The translations under genes and the position numbers were made by a program. The notes beneath the pieces are model-generated. The model did no database searches. It was not told where the DNA came from and saw only the letters and a program-made list of their open reading frames with translations. A DNA stretch of 53,738 nucleotides from a virus (taxonomy: Duplodnaviria; Caudoviricetes), in the IMG/VR virus record IMGVR_UViG_3300020578_000107, positions 1 through 53,738 of that record; one strand, 5' to 3'. The first letter of the stretch is position 1. Each line of letters begins with the position of its first letter. This document shows positions 28,385-38,142 of this stretch, in pieces.

Positions 28385-29803
28385 ATGCTTAATCCATTTT
28401 TCATTCAAGGAACCAAATCAGAACAAGGACTCATTCAAGATCTGATTAATGAGCAACTTAGAATGTATGGCGTGGAAGTTTATTATCTACCTCGAACATA
28501 TGTTACAGAAAGAACTGTAATACGAGAAGTTATTGAGTCTAATTTTGAGAATGCATATCCAATAGAAGCTTACGTAAACACATATGAGGGTTATAGTGAT
28601 AATCCAACAATTTTGTCAAAATTTGGTATCCAAGCACTGAATGAAATAACTTTGATTATTTCTCGAGAAAGATTTAAAAACTATATTTCTCCTTTAATTA
28701 AGAATAAACAAAATATAAAATTATCAACAAGACCAAAAGAAGGAGATCTAATTTATTTTCCTCTGGGCGAAAGACTATTTGAAATTAAATATGTTGAGCA
28801 TGAAAAACCATTCTATCAACTTCAAGGATTATATACATATGAACTAAGATGTGAACTGTTCAGATATGAAGATGAACTTATTGATACTGGAATTGATGAG
28901 GTTGATAGTCTCATTACCGGAGATGACTCTTTGGAATCTGAGCAATCTCCAATTGGAAACATGGTAAGTCTAACAATGGTTGGAGTTGGAGTTACTGCAA
29001 CTGCAATTGCAAATATTGTTAATGGTGGTGTTAGAAGAATAACTATTACCAACAGAGGAGGAGGATATACAAGTGTTCCTCAGGTAGGAATATCAACTGC
29101 ACCGATAGGAGGAAAAACAGCAACAGCTGTCGCAGAAATGATTGGAGGTATTGTTGTATGTAACGACAACACAAATCCAAATGCAAGATCTGTTCAAAGT
29201 GTACGAATTACAAATGCTGGATTTGGTTATACAACTAGACCAGGAGTGAGATTTATTGGTGGAGGTGGTAGCGGAGCAACTGGTGTTGCAGAAATTGCCA
29301 ATGGAGTAATTGGCATTATTACAGTTACAAATGGTGGTTCTGGATACACAATTCCACCAACTGTGACAATTACTGGTATTTCGACTGTTATTACCTCAGT
29401 TGCTGCAACTGCGATTGTTTCCGCAGCAGGAACAATTTCTTCAATTCAAATTCTGAACGGAGGAATTGCATTTACGTCCACCCCCACAATTCAAATAGGT
29501 AATCCATCACTCAATTCTACTGGAAACTTTGTATTCAATGAACTGGTCACAGGTTCTCAAAGTGGTGTAACTGGAAGAGTTAAATCGTGGAATTCTGTTA
29601 CAAATATTCTAAAACTGTCTCAGGTTAGTGGAGAGTTTATAGCAGGAGAAAATATTGTTGGGGCAGCATCAAGTGCATCTCATTATTTACGTTCTATTGA
29701 TGTTGATCCTGTTGATGACGGATATGCATCGAATAAAGAAATAGAGATTGAAGCAGACAAAATAATTGATTTTAGCGAAAAGAATCCATTTGGAATGCCA
29801 TAA
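28385..29803 (+). CDS. gp14: neck protein, T4 gp14-like, with inserted GxGYT beta-repeats
   Basis: LNPFF..EQ.LIQDLINE..YG, RPKEGDLIYFP, FYQL, C-terminal DFSEKNPFG; start at ATG28385. Confidence 0.92.
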   Translation: MLNPFFIQGTKSEQGLIQDLINEQLRMYGVEVYYLPRTYVTERTVIREVIESNFENAYPIEAYVNTYEGYSDNPTILSKFGIQALNEITLIISRERFKNYISPLIKNKQNIKLSTRPKEGDLIYFPLGERLFEIKYVEHEKPFYQLQGLYTYELRCELFRYEDELIDTGIDEVDSLITGDDSLESEQSPIGNMVSLTMVGVGVTATAIANIVNGGVRRITITNRGGGYTSVPQVGISTAPIGGKTATAVAEMIGGIVVCNDNTNPNARSVQSVRITNAGFGYTTRPGVRFIGGGGSGATGVAEIANGVIGIITVTNGGSGYTIPPTVTITGISTVITSVAATAIVSAAGTISSIQILNGGIAFTSTPTIQIGNPSLNSTGNFVFNELVTGSQSGVTGRVKSWNSVTNILKLSQVSGEFIAGENIVGAASSASHYLRSIDVDPVDDGYASNKEIEIEADKIIDFSEKNPFGMP

Positions 29804-29849
29804 CTTTCATAAATATTAGTTATTAGTTTGATTATAATAGGTCACTATC

Positions 29850-30851
29850 ATGTTTGAATACTTTTATCACGAAATTTTAAGGAGGACTGTTATTTCTTTC
29901 GGTTCTCTATTCAACAACATCACAATTAAGCATAAAGACAATTCTGATGATGTTGTGAGTGTGATAAAAGTTCCTTTGGCATATGGACCAACTCAAAAAT
30001 TTCTGGCAAGACTAAATCAATCCCCAGATCTAAGCAAAGCCGTTCAAATGACCTTGCCAAGAATGTCATTTGAATTTACTGGATTGACATATGACCCATC
30101 AAGAAAGTCAACAACGACTCAAACTTTTACAACTAAACAAGTAGATAACAGTCAAGAAACAAAGAAAGTCTATCTGCCTGTTCCTTATAACATGCAGTTT
30201 GAACTAAGCATAATGTCAAAATTAAATGATGATGCTTTGCAGATTGTAGAACAAATTTTACCATATTTTCAACCAGCATACACAATGTCAGTTGAGTTAG
30301 TTGATGTTATTAATGAAAAAAGGGATGTTCCAGTCGTTCTTGAAAATATTACGATGCAGGATGATTATGAGGGTGACTTTAATACAAGAAGAGTTTTAAT
30401 TCATACTCTTAGATTTACAGTAAAAACATATCTATTTGGACCTGTTCCATCTGCAACAAAAGATATCATCAAGAAAACAACAATCAGTTACATTGCTGGA
30501 GATGCCACAAATACTCCTACAAGAGAAGTTGTTTATTCGGCGGAAGCAAGAGCGATCAAAAACTATACTGGAATTGTTATAACAAATCTAACAAAAGATA
30601 TTTCCAAGGAAGATTTACTTATTACGGTAAATGATGGCAATACTATTACAACAAACACATATATTGATCTTGAAGGTGAAGAATTATATGTAAAGGCAAA
30701 ATCTGGAAATATTATTACGGTTGAAAGAGGAAAAGATAATACAACTATTACTCCACATTTAGCAGGTGCTCAGATAAAATCAATTACTAACGCAGATAAC
30801 GATCTAATTGAATCTGGTGATGATTTTGGTTTTAGTGGAACTGTCTCTTGA
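29850..30851 (+). CDS. gp15: tail sheath stabiliser / terminator, T4 gp15-like
   Basis: FEYFYHEI..FGSLFN, VPLAYGP, LPRMSFE, QIVEQILPYFQP; TAAATA at 29810-29815. Confidence 0.95.
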   Translation: MFEYFYHEILRRTVISFGSLFNNITIKHKDNSDDVVSVIKVPLAYGPTQKFLARLNQSPDLSKAVQMTLPRMSFEFTGLTYDPSRKSTTTQTFTTKQVDNSQETKKVYLPVPYNMQFELSIMSKLNDDALQIVEQILPYFQPAYTMSVELVDVINEKRDVPVVLENITMQDDYEGDFNTRRVLIHTLRFTVKTYLFGPVPSATKDIIKKTTISYIAGDATNTPTREVVYSAEARAIKNYTGIVITNLTKDISKEDLLITVNDGNTITTNTYIDLEGEELYVKAKSGNIITVERGKDNTTITPHLAGAQIKSITNADNDLIESGDDFGFSGTVS

Positions 30852-30857
30852 TAAGAT

Positions 30858-31295
30858 ATGAAAATGAGTAAAAAATTTGACGATCTGAATGAAACTTTTA
30901 ATGTTAAAGCAGAGATAATCCCAGTTGAAAAAAAATCAGACATTGAAAAAATTGAAAAGATTAGTTCTGATATTAATGATGTTAAAAAAGATTATGAATA
31001 CACAAGAGGAAATCTTTATTCTTTAATAGAAAAGGGGCAAGAAGCTATTAATGGAATTCTCGAACTAGCACAAGAAAGTGAGATGCCGAGAGCTTATGAA
31101 GTTGCTGGCCAGTTGATAAAAAATGTTGCTGATGCAACTGATAAATTGATGGATTTGCAAAAGAAATTGAAAGATATTGAAGAAGAAAAGACAAAAGGTC
31201 CAACAACAGTAAACAACGCACTTTTTGTTGGATCAACAGCAGATCTAACAAAATTGTTAAAACAACAATCCCAAACTAACGATGAAGACATTTAA
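30858..31295 (+). CDS. gp16: terminase small subunit, T4 gp16-like
   Basis: DYEYTRGNL, PRAYEVAGQLIK, NNALFVGSTADL. Confidence 0.93.
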   Translation: MKMSKKFDDLNETFNVKAEIIPVEKKSDIEKIEKISSDINDVKKDYEYTRGNLYSLIEKGQEAINGILELAQESEMPRAYEVAGQLIKNVADATDKLMDLQKKLKDIEEEKTKGPTTVNNALFVGSTADLTKLLKQQSQTNDEDI

Positions 31296-31410
31296 GCAAT
31301 TTCAAGAAGACTGGACTAATAAATATAAAAAGAGTATTGATTGCTCAAATCCAAAAGGATTTTCTCAACGCGCTCATTGTGCGGGAAGAAAAAAAAAGAG
31401 CAAAAGGTGA
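31282..31410 (+). CDS. small basic Cys/His protein with capsid-targeting-like N-terminus (MKTFKQFQE); may truly end at 31438
   Basis: Read by hand: MKTFKQFQEDWTNKYKKSIDCSNPKGFSQRAHCAGRKKKSKR; shortening the A9 run (31389-31397) to A8 gives an ATGA overlap with the next gene. Confidence 0.75.
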   Translation: MKTFKQFQEDWTNKYKKSIDCSNPKGFSQRAHCAGRKKKSKR

Positions 31411-31434
31411 AAGCACTAAGTCAAAACCAGTTGA

Positions 31435-33330
31435 ATGAAGAAAAACGGTCGCTGTCCTAAAGGAGAATATTATTGCTACACTAATAAAATGTGTAAAGCA
31501 ATTCCTGCTGGATTTATGGTTGATCCTGAGGGAATGCTTCGTAAAGAAAATGGTGCGTCGATTGATGAGGGTGCTCGTATTCCAAAAAAACCAGGACAAC
31601 CAGATAAATCTGATAAGCACTCAGATCTCTATACAGATGAAGATCCAAAAGGAACAATTCATGGTCTCGGTTTTAAAGATGTTCAGACTGCGAGACAGAG
31701 TGTATCAAAAATAAGAAACTCTGGAAGATCTCATGCTCATAAAATCCAAGCAGCAATTGCTATGGAGCAAAGAGCAAGAGTGGCAGGAAAAACTTCGGAA
31801 GCTGCTGTTTACAGAAAATTCATTAACTCGATGAAAAAGAAAACAAAATCAATGAATGAAGAAGGTCTCCGTGATTGGTTTGGTAAATCCAAATCAAAAG
31901 ATGGTAAAGGTGGTTGGGTTAATGTTGTAACTGGTGGCACTTGTGCGAGCGATGAACCAGGTGAGGGAACACCAAAATGCGTCTCCTCTGCAAAAAGAGC
32001 AAGTATGACACCAGCAGAAAGACTATCCGCTGCAAGAAGAAAAAAGGCAGCAGATCCTGGACAGCAACAAAAGACAGGTGCTGCAAAGCCAACTTATGTC
32101 TCAACTGATTCACCTAGAGAAAAAACACGTAAAGAAGAAATAGATTTAGTAAGTTTAATTGAAAAAAAACTTTGTAATCATACCAAAGAAGGTGTTGATT
32201 GTCCATGTCACGGAAAAAATAGGTGTCCAGTAGTGTTAAAATCAAAAGATCACGAGTACTCTATGGTTCGTTCAGAACTCTCTACAATTATGAGTGCTGC
32301 TAAGAGACTTAAATCCAAAATGGCAAAAGGTGAGGGTAATGTGGAGGCATGGGTGCAGTCAAAAATTACAAAAGCTGCTGATTACCTAGATAGTGCAGCA
32401 GACTACGTTGATAGTGGAGAAATGAACGAAGAGTCGGATAAAAAAGGTAAAGGTAGCGGTACAAAAGATGCTTGCTATCATAAGGTTAAATCAAGATACA
32501 GCGTTTGGCCTTCTGCATATGCCTCTGGAGCACTCGTAAAGTGTCGCAAGGTAGGTTCTGCCAACTGGGGAAATAAATCTGAAGAAAAAATCACAGATAG
32601 AATTCTAAATGATATTTTATCCGAAAAGTGTTGGCCTGGTTATAAAAAGAAAGGCATGAAAACGATGTTTGGAAAGCGTTATCCAAATTGCGTAAAAAAA
32701 GAGGATGTGACAATTGAAGATGCAGAAGGAAATACTTTTGCAGAGGTTGTTGATCTGATTAAACCAAAACCGATTAAAGGATTTAAATCTCAAATAGAAG
32801 AAGCAACAAGACTTCAGGCACAAACTGGAAACGTAGTTGCAGTAACTTTATCTTGGAGAGGAAAATATTATTCTCTTAAAATGTTTTTCCCCCAAGTAAA
32901 AACCCCAACTAAAAAAGAAATAAATGATGAACTTCAAAAAGTCTACCCAGGATCTATAGTTTTATATCATACTATTTCAGAAATTCAACCTGGACAACCA
33001 TTGATACAAGCATTTGGTCCTCAAGGAAGAAGTTTTGCATCTCCAGGTCCAAGTAAAAATTATGTGAAGACAATGGGGGAAGAAGTTGCAGCATGGCAAC
33101 GTTCTGCTGGCAAGAACAAGGAAGGTGGACTCAACGAAAGGGGGCGCAAATCTTATGAACGTGAGAATCCAGGAAGTGACCTTAAAGCACCATCAAAAAA
33201 AGTTGGAAATCCCCGTAGAAAAAGTTTTTGCGCTCGTATGTCCGGAATGAAAAAGAAACTAACATCATCAAAAACAGCAAACGATCCCAATTCGAGAATT
33301 AATAAATCACTTAGAGCCTGGAACTGTTGA
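31435..33330 (+). CDS. mosaic basic multidomain protein, putative internal head polyprotein
   Basis: Short Cys/Trp/Lys-rich modules separated by (I/L/M)xE sites; C-terminal GGLN..RRKSFCARM..W.C module resembles DUF6321; between gp16 and gp17. Confidence 0.7.
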   Translation: MKKNGRCPKGEYYCYTNKMCKAIPAGFMVDPEGMLRKENGASIDEGARIPKKPGQPDKSDKHSDLYTDEDPKGTIHGLGFKDVQTARQSVSKIRNSGRSHAHKIQAAIAMEQRARVAGKTSEAAVYRKFINSMKKKTKSMNEEGLRDWFGKSKSKDGKGGWVNVVTGGTCASDEPGEGTPKCVSSAKRASMTPAERLSAARRKKAADPGQQQKTGAAKPTYVSTDSPREKTRKEEIDLVSLIEKKLCNHTKEGVDCPCHGKNRCPVVLKSKDHEYSMVRSELSTIMSAAKRLKSKMAKGEGNVEAWVQSKITKAADYLDSAADYVDSGEMNEESDKKGKGSGTKDACYHKVKSRYSVWPSAYASGALVKCRKVGSANWGNKSEEKITDRILNDILSEKCWPGYKKKGMKTMFGKRYPNCVKKEDVTIEDAEGNTFAEVVDLIKPKPIKGFKSQIEEATRLQAQTGNVVAVTLSWRGKYYSLKMFFPQVKTPTKKEINDELQKVYPGSIVLYHTISEIQPGQPLIQAFGPQGRSFASPGPSKNYVKTMGEEVAAWQRSAGKNKEGGLNERGRKSYERENPGSDLKAPSKKVGNPRRKSFCARMSGMKKKLTSSKTANDPNSRINKSLRAWNC

Positions 33331-33347
33331 TTTAGAGTTGATTCATT

Positions 33348-34994
33348 ATGTCAAATGATGTTTATCTTGGTAATCCGCTTTTAAAGAAAGCAAATACACC
33401 TATCGAATTTACGCAAGAACAAATTCTTGAATTTGTCAAGTGTAAAGATGATCCTGTTTACTTTGCAAATAATTATGTAAAGATTGTAACTCTGGATCAC
33501 GGTCTGCAAACTTTCAAACCGTATCATTTCCAAGAAAAGTTAATTAATAATTTTCACAATCACAGATTTAATATCTGTAAGATGCCAAGACAAACTGGTA
33601 AGTCTACCACTGTGATATCTTTTTTATTGCATTATGCTGTTTTTAACGATAATGTCAATATAGGTATTCTTGCAAACAAAGCTGCAACAGCAAGGGAACT
33701 TCTGGATAGGCTCCAAACTGCATACGAAAATCTTCCAAAGTGGATGCAACAGGGTATTATATCTTGGAATAAGGGATCTCTTGAACTTGAAAATGGATCT
33801 AAAATATTAGCAGCATCTACTTCGGCATCTGCTGTCCGAGGAATGTCATTTAACATTCTATTTTTGGACGAATTTGCTTTCGTTCCAAATCATATTGCAG
33901 ATTCTTTCTTTGCGTCAGTTTATCCGACTATTACTTCTGGTAAGCAAACCAAAGTTATTATAGTTTCAACTCCACACGGTATGAATCATTTCTACCGAAT
34001 GTGGCATGATGCCGAAAAAGGAAAAAATGAATACGTTTTTACTGATGTTCATTGGAGTGAAGTTCCAGGTAGAAATGAAGAGTGGAAAAAACAAACAATT
34101 GCTAACACATCAGAGTCTCAATTTAAAGTTGAATTTGAATGCGAATTTTTGGGGTCAGTTGATACTCTGATAGCACCATCTAAACTTAGAAATTTAGTCT
34201 ACGATCAACCAAAGACTCGTAGTGCTGGATTGGATGTTTATGTAGATCCAGAAGAAAACCACGACTATCTAATTACGGTTGACGTTGCAAGAGGGGTTGG
34301 TAATGACTATTCGGCATTTGTTGTATTAGATATAACTCAATTTCCACATAAAGTTGTTGCAAAATACAGAAATAATGAGATAAAACCAATGCTATTTCCA
34401 AGCATTATTCATGAGGCAGCTACTGCATATAATAATGCATATATTTTATGTGAAGTAAATGATGTTGGAGATCAGGTTGCTAGCATTCTGCAATATGATT
34501 TGGAATACACAAACTTATTGATGTGTTCAATGAGAGGAAGGGCTGGGCAAATCGTAGGACAAGGTTTTTCTGGAAAGAAAACTCAACTTGGAGTTAAGAT
34601 GTCAAAAACAGTGAAAAAGGTAGGATGTCTCAATCTTAAAACAATGATTGAGGAGGATAAATTATATCTCAATGATTATGAGATAATTGCAGAATTGACA
34701 ACATTTGTCCAGAAACATAACTCATTTGAAGCTGAGGAAGGATGTAATGATGATTTGGCAATGTGCTTAGTGATATATGCATGGATAGTTGCCCAAGATT
34801 ATTTTAAAGAATTGACGGATCAAGACGTTAGAAAAAGGTTGTATGAAGAACAGAAAAATCAAATAGAACAAGATATGTCTCCATTCGGATTTATCTCAGA
34901 TGGTTTAGATAGTAGTAGTTTTGTTGATGCAGATGGTGATAGGTGGTTTGTTGATGAATATGGCGATCGTTCTTACATGTGGGAATATATGTAA
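33348..34994 (+). CDS. gp17: terminase large subunit, T4 gp17-like
   Basis: Walker A PRQTGKST, Walker B ILFLDEFAF, STPHG, nuclease residues VDVARG..DYS and NDDLAM. Confidence 0.98.
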   Translation: MSNDVYLGNPLLKKANTPIEFTQEQILEFVKCKDDPVYFANNYVKIVTLDHGLQTFKPYHFQEKLINNFHNHRFNICKMPRQTGKSTTVISFLLHYAVFNDNVNIGILANKAATARELLDRLQTAYENLPKWMQQGIISWNKGSLELENGSKILAASTSASAVRGMSFNILFLDEFAFVPNHIADSFFASVYPTITSGKQTKVIIVSTPHGMNHFYRMWHDAEKGKNEYVFTDVHWSEVPGRNEEWKKQTIANTSESQFKVEFECEFLGSVDTLIAPSKLRNLVYDQPKTRSAGLDVYVDPEENHDYLITVDVARGVGNDYSAFVVLDITQFPHKVVAKYRNNEIKPMLFPSIIHEAATAYNNAYILCEVNDVGDQVASILQYDLEYTNLLMCSMRGRAGQIVGQGFSGKKTQLGVKMSKTVKKVGCLNLKTMIEEDKLYLNDYEIIAELTTFVQKHNSFEAEEGCNDDLAMCLVIYAWIVAQDYFKELTDQDVRKRLYEEQKNQIEQDMSPFGFISDGLDSSSFVDADGDRWFVDEYGDRSYMWEYM

Positions 34995-35228
34995 ATGGAC
35001 TTAGATAAACAAATACGACTTGGACACTTACTTCTTACAGATAGAAAATGTAGATCTTGTGGTGAGGTCAAAAACCTAATCGATTGTTTTTATAGAACAA
35101 GAAAGGATAGAGGTCCAGTTGCATCATCTTTTGCTTATGAATGCAAAGAATGTTCAATAAAAAGAATTATAGAAAATAAAAAACAATTTCCATCATCAGT
35201 CAGAGAATGGGAATATCCAGACTGGTAA
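34995..35228 (+). CDS. small zinc-finger protein (CRSC...CKEC)
   Basis: Two CxxC pairs; starts immediately after the gp17 stop. Confidence 0.8.
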   Translation: MDLDKQIRLGHLLLTDRKCRSCGEVKNLIDCFYRTRKDRGPVASSFAYECKECSIKRIIENKKQFPSSVREWEYPDW

Positions 35229-35275
35229 TAAATATAATTCACGGCCCATTTCCGCCACGTAAACTCATTTTTTAA

Positions 35276-35281
35276 TAAATA
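35276..35281 (+). promoter_or_regulatory. late promoter core TAAATA (gp18); second copy at 35229-35234
   Basis: Intergenic AATAAATA followed by GGAG SD and ATG35315. Confidence 0.65.
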
Positions 35282-35314
35282 ATTTTTAGTTAACTGAGAT
35301 TTACGGAGAAAAAC

Positions 35315-37507
35315 ATGGCGACTCCTCAATTATCTCCAGGCGTACTCGTCCGAGAGGTTGATCTAACAGTAGGAAGAGCTGATAATGTTTTAGATAATAT
35401 TGGAGCAATTGCGGGTCCTTTTGCTCTTGGTCCAGTTGAAGAACCTATTGACATTACCACAGAACAAGAACTTATCAATGTCTTTGGAAAGCCTCTTTCC
35501 ACGGACTCACAATATGAGTATTGGATGAGTGCATCGTCTTTCCTTTCATATGGCGGTGTTCTTAAAGTAGTTAGAGCCGATGATACCTCACTTGTGAATG
35601 CAAATGCTATTCGCAATTCTTCTGGCGTCTCAACTGCCGGAGAACCAACACTTAAAATTAAGAATTTTGATGATTATGAAGCAAATTATGCAGATGATAT
35701 TGCTAACTATATTTTTGCAGCAAAGAACCCAGGAACATGGGCAAATAACTTAAAGGTTTGTGTCATTGACGATAAAGCAGATCAAATTCTTCAAGTTGGT
35801 GCTGCTGCTACCGCTGCTGTAACAGTTGGAACTGCAGTAACAACATCACTTACTAATGTTGTTTCTGCTGGTGTCGGAAATACTTCACTTTTCAGTGGAT
35901 ATCTAAAAGGAATTGTTACTGGAATTGGTGCTAGCACAGTTGATGTGAAGATAACTTCACTTGTTGCAACAAATGGAACTCAAACAGCAGTTACTTATGC
36001 ACCAAATTCAAGACTACAATCATTTAAAGCTGCTACAAGTGGTGGCAACCTAACGGTTTCCTTTATCAATAGTGGTGGATCTGGAATTGCAACAGCCACA
36101 ATTAATACTGGCACTACTCCAATTTTAGATTGGTATGATGAACAAGTTCTAACACTAACCAATGGATCCATCTATTGGAACTCAATTGCTCCTAAACCAG
36201 GAACAACCCAACATGCTGTAAATAGAAATGGTAAGAGTGACGAAATTCACGTAGTTCTTGTAGATGATCTTGGAACAGTAACTGGAATTCAAGGTAATCT
36301 TTTAGAAAAACACATTGGACTATCAAAAGCATCAGATGCTATCTCGGCAGTAAATTCTCCACAAAAAATATGGTGGAAAAATTATCTTGCAGTATATTCA
36401 AACTATGTTTATGTTGGAGACAACCCATCCGATGATCTAAATGTTAATGAAGATGTGGTTCCTGTTGGATTTAGTGGTGGATTTACTCCATTCACGACTG
36501 CACAGGGTCTCTGGAATCAGGATGCCCAAAGCAGAACTTATAGTGCTATCGGTAACGTCACTTATACTTTAAGTGGTGGAAATAACTATACTAATGGAAT
36601 GACAGCTACCCTAGGAAATCTGATCACAGCATACAATCTCTTCTCAAATAGAGATGAGGTACAAGTTGATTATCTGATCATGGGTCCTGGATTGGGAAAT
36701 AAGTTTGAATCACAAGCAAAAGCAAATCATCTGATTTCTATTGCCAATCAAAGAAAAGATTGTATTGCCGTAATTTCACCACATCGCGCAGATGTTGTGG
36801 ATATTACCAATTCAGATACCCAAACTGATAATATTCTAGAATTCTTCTCTCCACTTTCTTCTTCATCATATACAGTATTTGATAGTGGATATAAGTACAC
36901 TTATGATAGATTTAACAATAGATTCCGTTACCTTCCCTGTAACCCAGATGTTGCTGGATTGATGGTTAGAACAAGTATTGCCGCATATCCATGGTTCTCT
37001 CCCGCTGGACAGCAAAGAGGAATTCTGAACAATGCGATCAAACTTGCATACAATCCATCAAAAGCACAGAGAGACCAACTTTATCCACTAAGAGTTAATT
37101 CGATTATTAACAAACCCGGAATTGGAATTCTACTTTTTGGCGATAAAACCGCACTTGGATATGCGTCTGCCTTTGACAGAATTAATGTTCGCCGTCTCTT
37201 CTTGACCGTTGAACAGGCTCTCGAAAGAAGTGCTCAGGCTCAACTATTCGAACTGAATGATGAAATTACCAGAGCAAATTTCAGAAACATTGTTGAGCCA
37301 TACCTCCGCGATGTTCAAGCAAAGCGCGGTCTTTACGGATTCTTGGTAGTTTGTGATGCATCAAACAATACTCCTGATGTTATTGATAATAATGAATTCA
37401 GAGCTGATATTTACCTGAAACCCGCCAAGTCTATTAACTATGTCACACTTACCTTTGTTGCTACTAGAACAGGAGTAAGTTTTGAAGAAGTTGCTGGTAC
37501 TGTTTGA
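35315..37507 (+). CDS. gp18: tail sheath protein, T4 gp18
   Basis: LSPGVLVREVDLT, PWFSPAG..RG, FDRINVRRLF, KPAKSINYVTLTF. Confidence 0.98.
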   Translation: MATPQLSPGVLVREVDLTVGRADNVLDNIGAIAGPFALGPVEEPIDITTEQELINVFGKPLSTDSQYEYWMSASSFLSYGGVLKVVRADDTSLVNANAIRNSSGVSTAGEPTLKIKNFDDYEANYADDIANYIFAAKNPGTWANNLKVCVIDDKADQILQVGAAATAAVTVGTAVTTSLTNVVSAGVGNTSLFSGYLKGIVTGIGASTVDVKITSLVATNGTQTAVTYAPNSRLQSFKAATSGGNLTVSFINSGGSGIATATINTGTTPILDWYDEQVLTLTNGSIYWNSIAPKPGTTQHAVNRNGKSDEIHVVLVDDLGTVTGIQGNLLEKHIGLSKASDAISAVNSPQKIWWKNYLAVYSNYVYVGDNPSDDLNVNEDVVPVGFSGGFTPFTTAQGLWNQDAQSRTYSAIGNVTYTLSGGNNYTNGMTATLGNLITAYNLFSNRDEVQVDYLIMGPGLGNKFESQAKANHLISIANQRKDCIAVISPHRADVVDITNSDTQTDNILEFFSPLSSSSYTVFDSGYKYTYDRFNNRFRYLPCNPDVAGLMVRTSIAAYPWFSPAGQQRGILNNAIKLAYNPSKAQRDQLYPLRVNSIINKPGIGILLFGDKTALGYASAFDRINVRRLFLTVEQALERSAQAQLFELNDEITRANFRNIVEPYLRDVQAKRGLYGFLVVCDASNNTPDVIDNNEFRADIYLKPAKSINYVTLTFVATRTGVSFEEVAGTV

Positions 37508-37542
37508 TTTTAATTAAAACAAAAACAAGGAGGAACTAAAAA

Positions 37543-38109
37543 ATGGCAAACTCTATTCAGGATTTCAAATCAGCACTTATTGGTGGTGGTGCTCGTCCCA
37601 ATTTATTTGAAGTAACTATTCCAACTCCACCCAGTGGAGTAACTCTAACTGCCAACTTCCCTATTCTATGCAAAGCAGCAAATCTTCCTGCATCAACTAT
37701 TGGATCTATTGATGTTCCATTTAGAGGAAGAGTATTTAAGGTTGCTGGTGATAGAACATTTGATACTTGGTCCATTACTGTCATCAATGATCAAGATTTT
37801 CTTATCAGAGATGCTATGGAAGCTTGGATGCAATCAATTGGACAATATGCAGATGGCAGTGGTGCAACTGATCCAAGTACTTATATGTGCAACGCATATG
37901 TTAAGCAGTTTAGGAGAGGTAATAGCACCGTTGGAAAAAATACCCAAACTGGTTCTGGTTTAGAAACTGCTGCCACATATAAATTCTACGATATTTTCCC
38001 AACAAACGTCAGTGCAATCGACCTCTCATATGATAGCTCTGATCAAATTGAAGAGTTTACTGTCGAATTCCAAGTTCAATACTGGACTCCCTCTACTGAG
38101 GAATCATAA
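37543..38109 (+). CDS. gp19: tail tube protein, T4 gp19
   Basis: GGARPNLFEV, FRGR..KVAGDRTF..W, IEEFTVEF; AAGGAGG SD. Confidence 0.97.
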   Translation: MANSIQDFKSALIGGGARPNLFEVTIPTPPSGVTLTANFPILCKAANLPASTIGSIDVPFRGRVFKVAGDRTFDTWSITVINDQDFLIRDAMEAWMQSIGQYADGSGATDPSTYMCNAYVKQFRRGNSTVGKNTQTGSGLETAATYKFYDIFPTNVSAIDLSYDSSDQIEEFTVEFQVQYWTPSTEES

Positions 38110-38142
38110 TAAATAGAGGAAGGTAAAATTAAAAAATAAATT

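Noticed and set aside
28975-29520. GxGYT repeat insert in gp14 and C-terminal extension of gp15 as novelties
   Set aside because: Such decorations are, to my knowledge, usual in cyanomyovirus neck and tail proteins
35238-35263. Short GC-rich patch upstream of gp18 (TTCACGGCCCATTTCCGCCACGTAAA)
   Set aside because: Only a 3-4-bp stem possible and no second copy found; not enough to support a call
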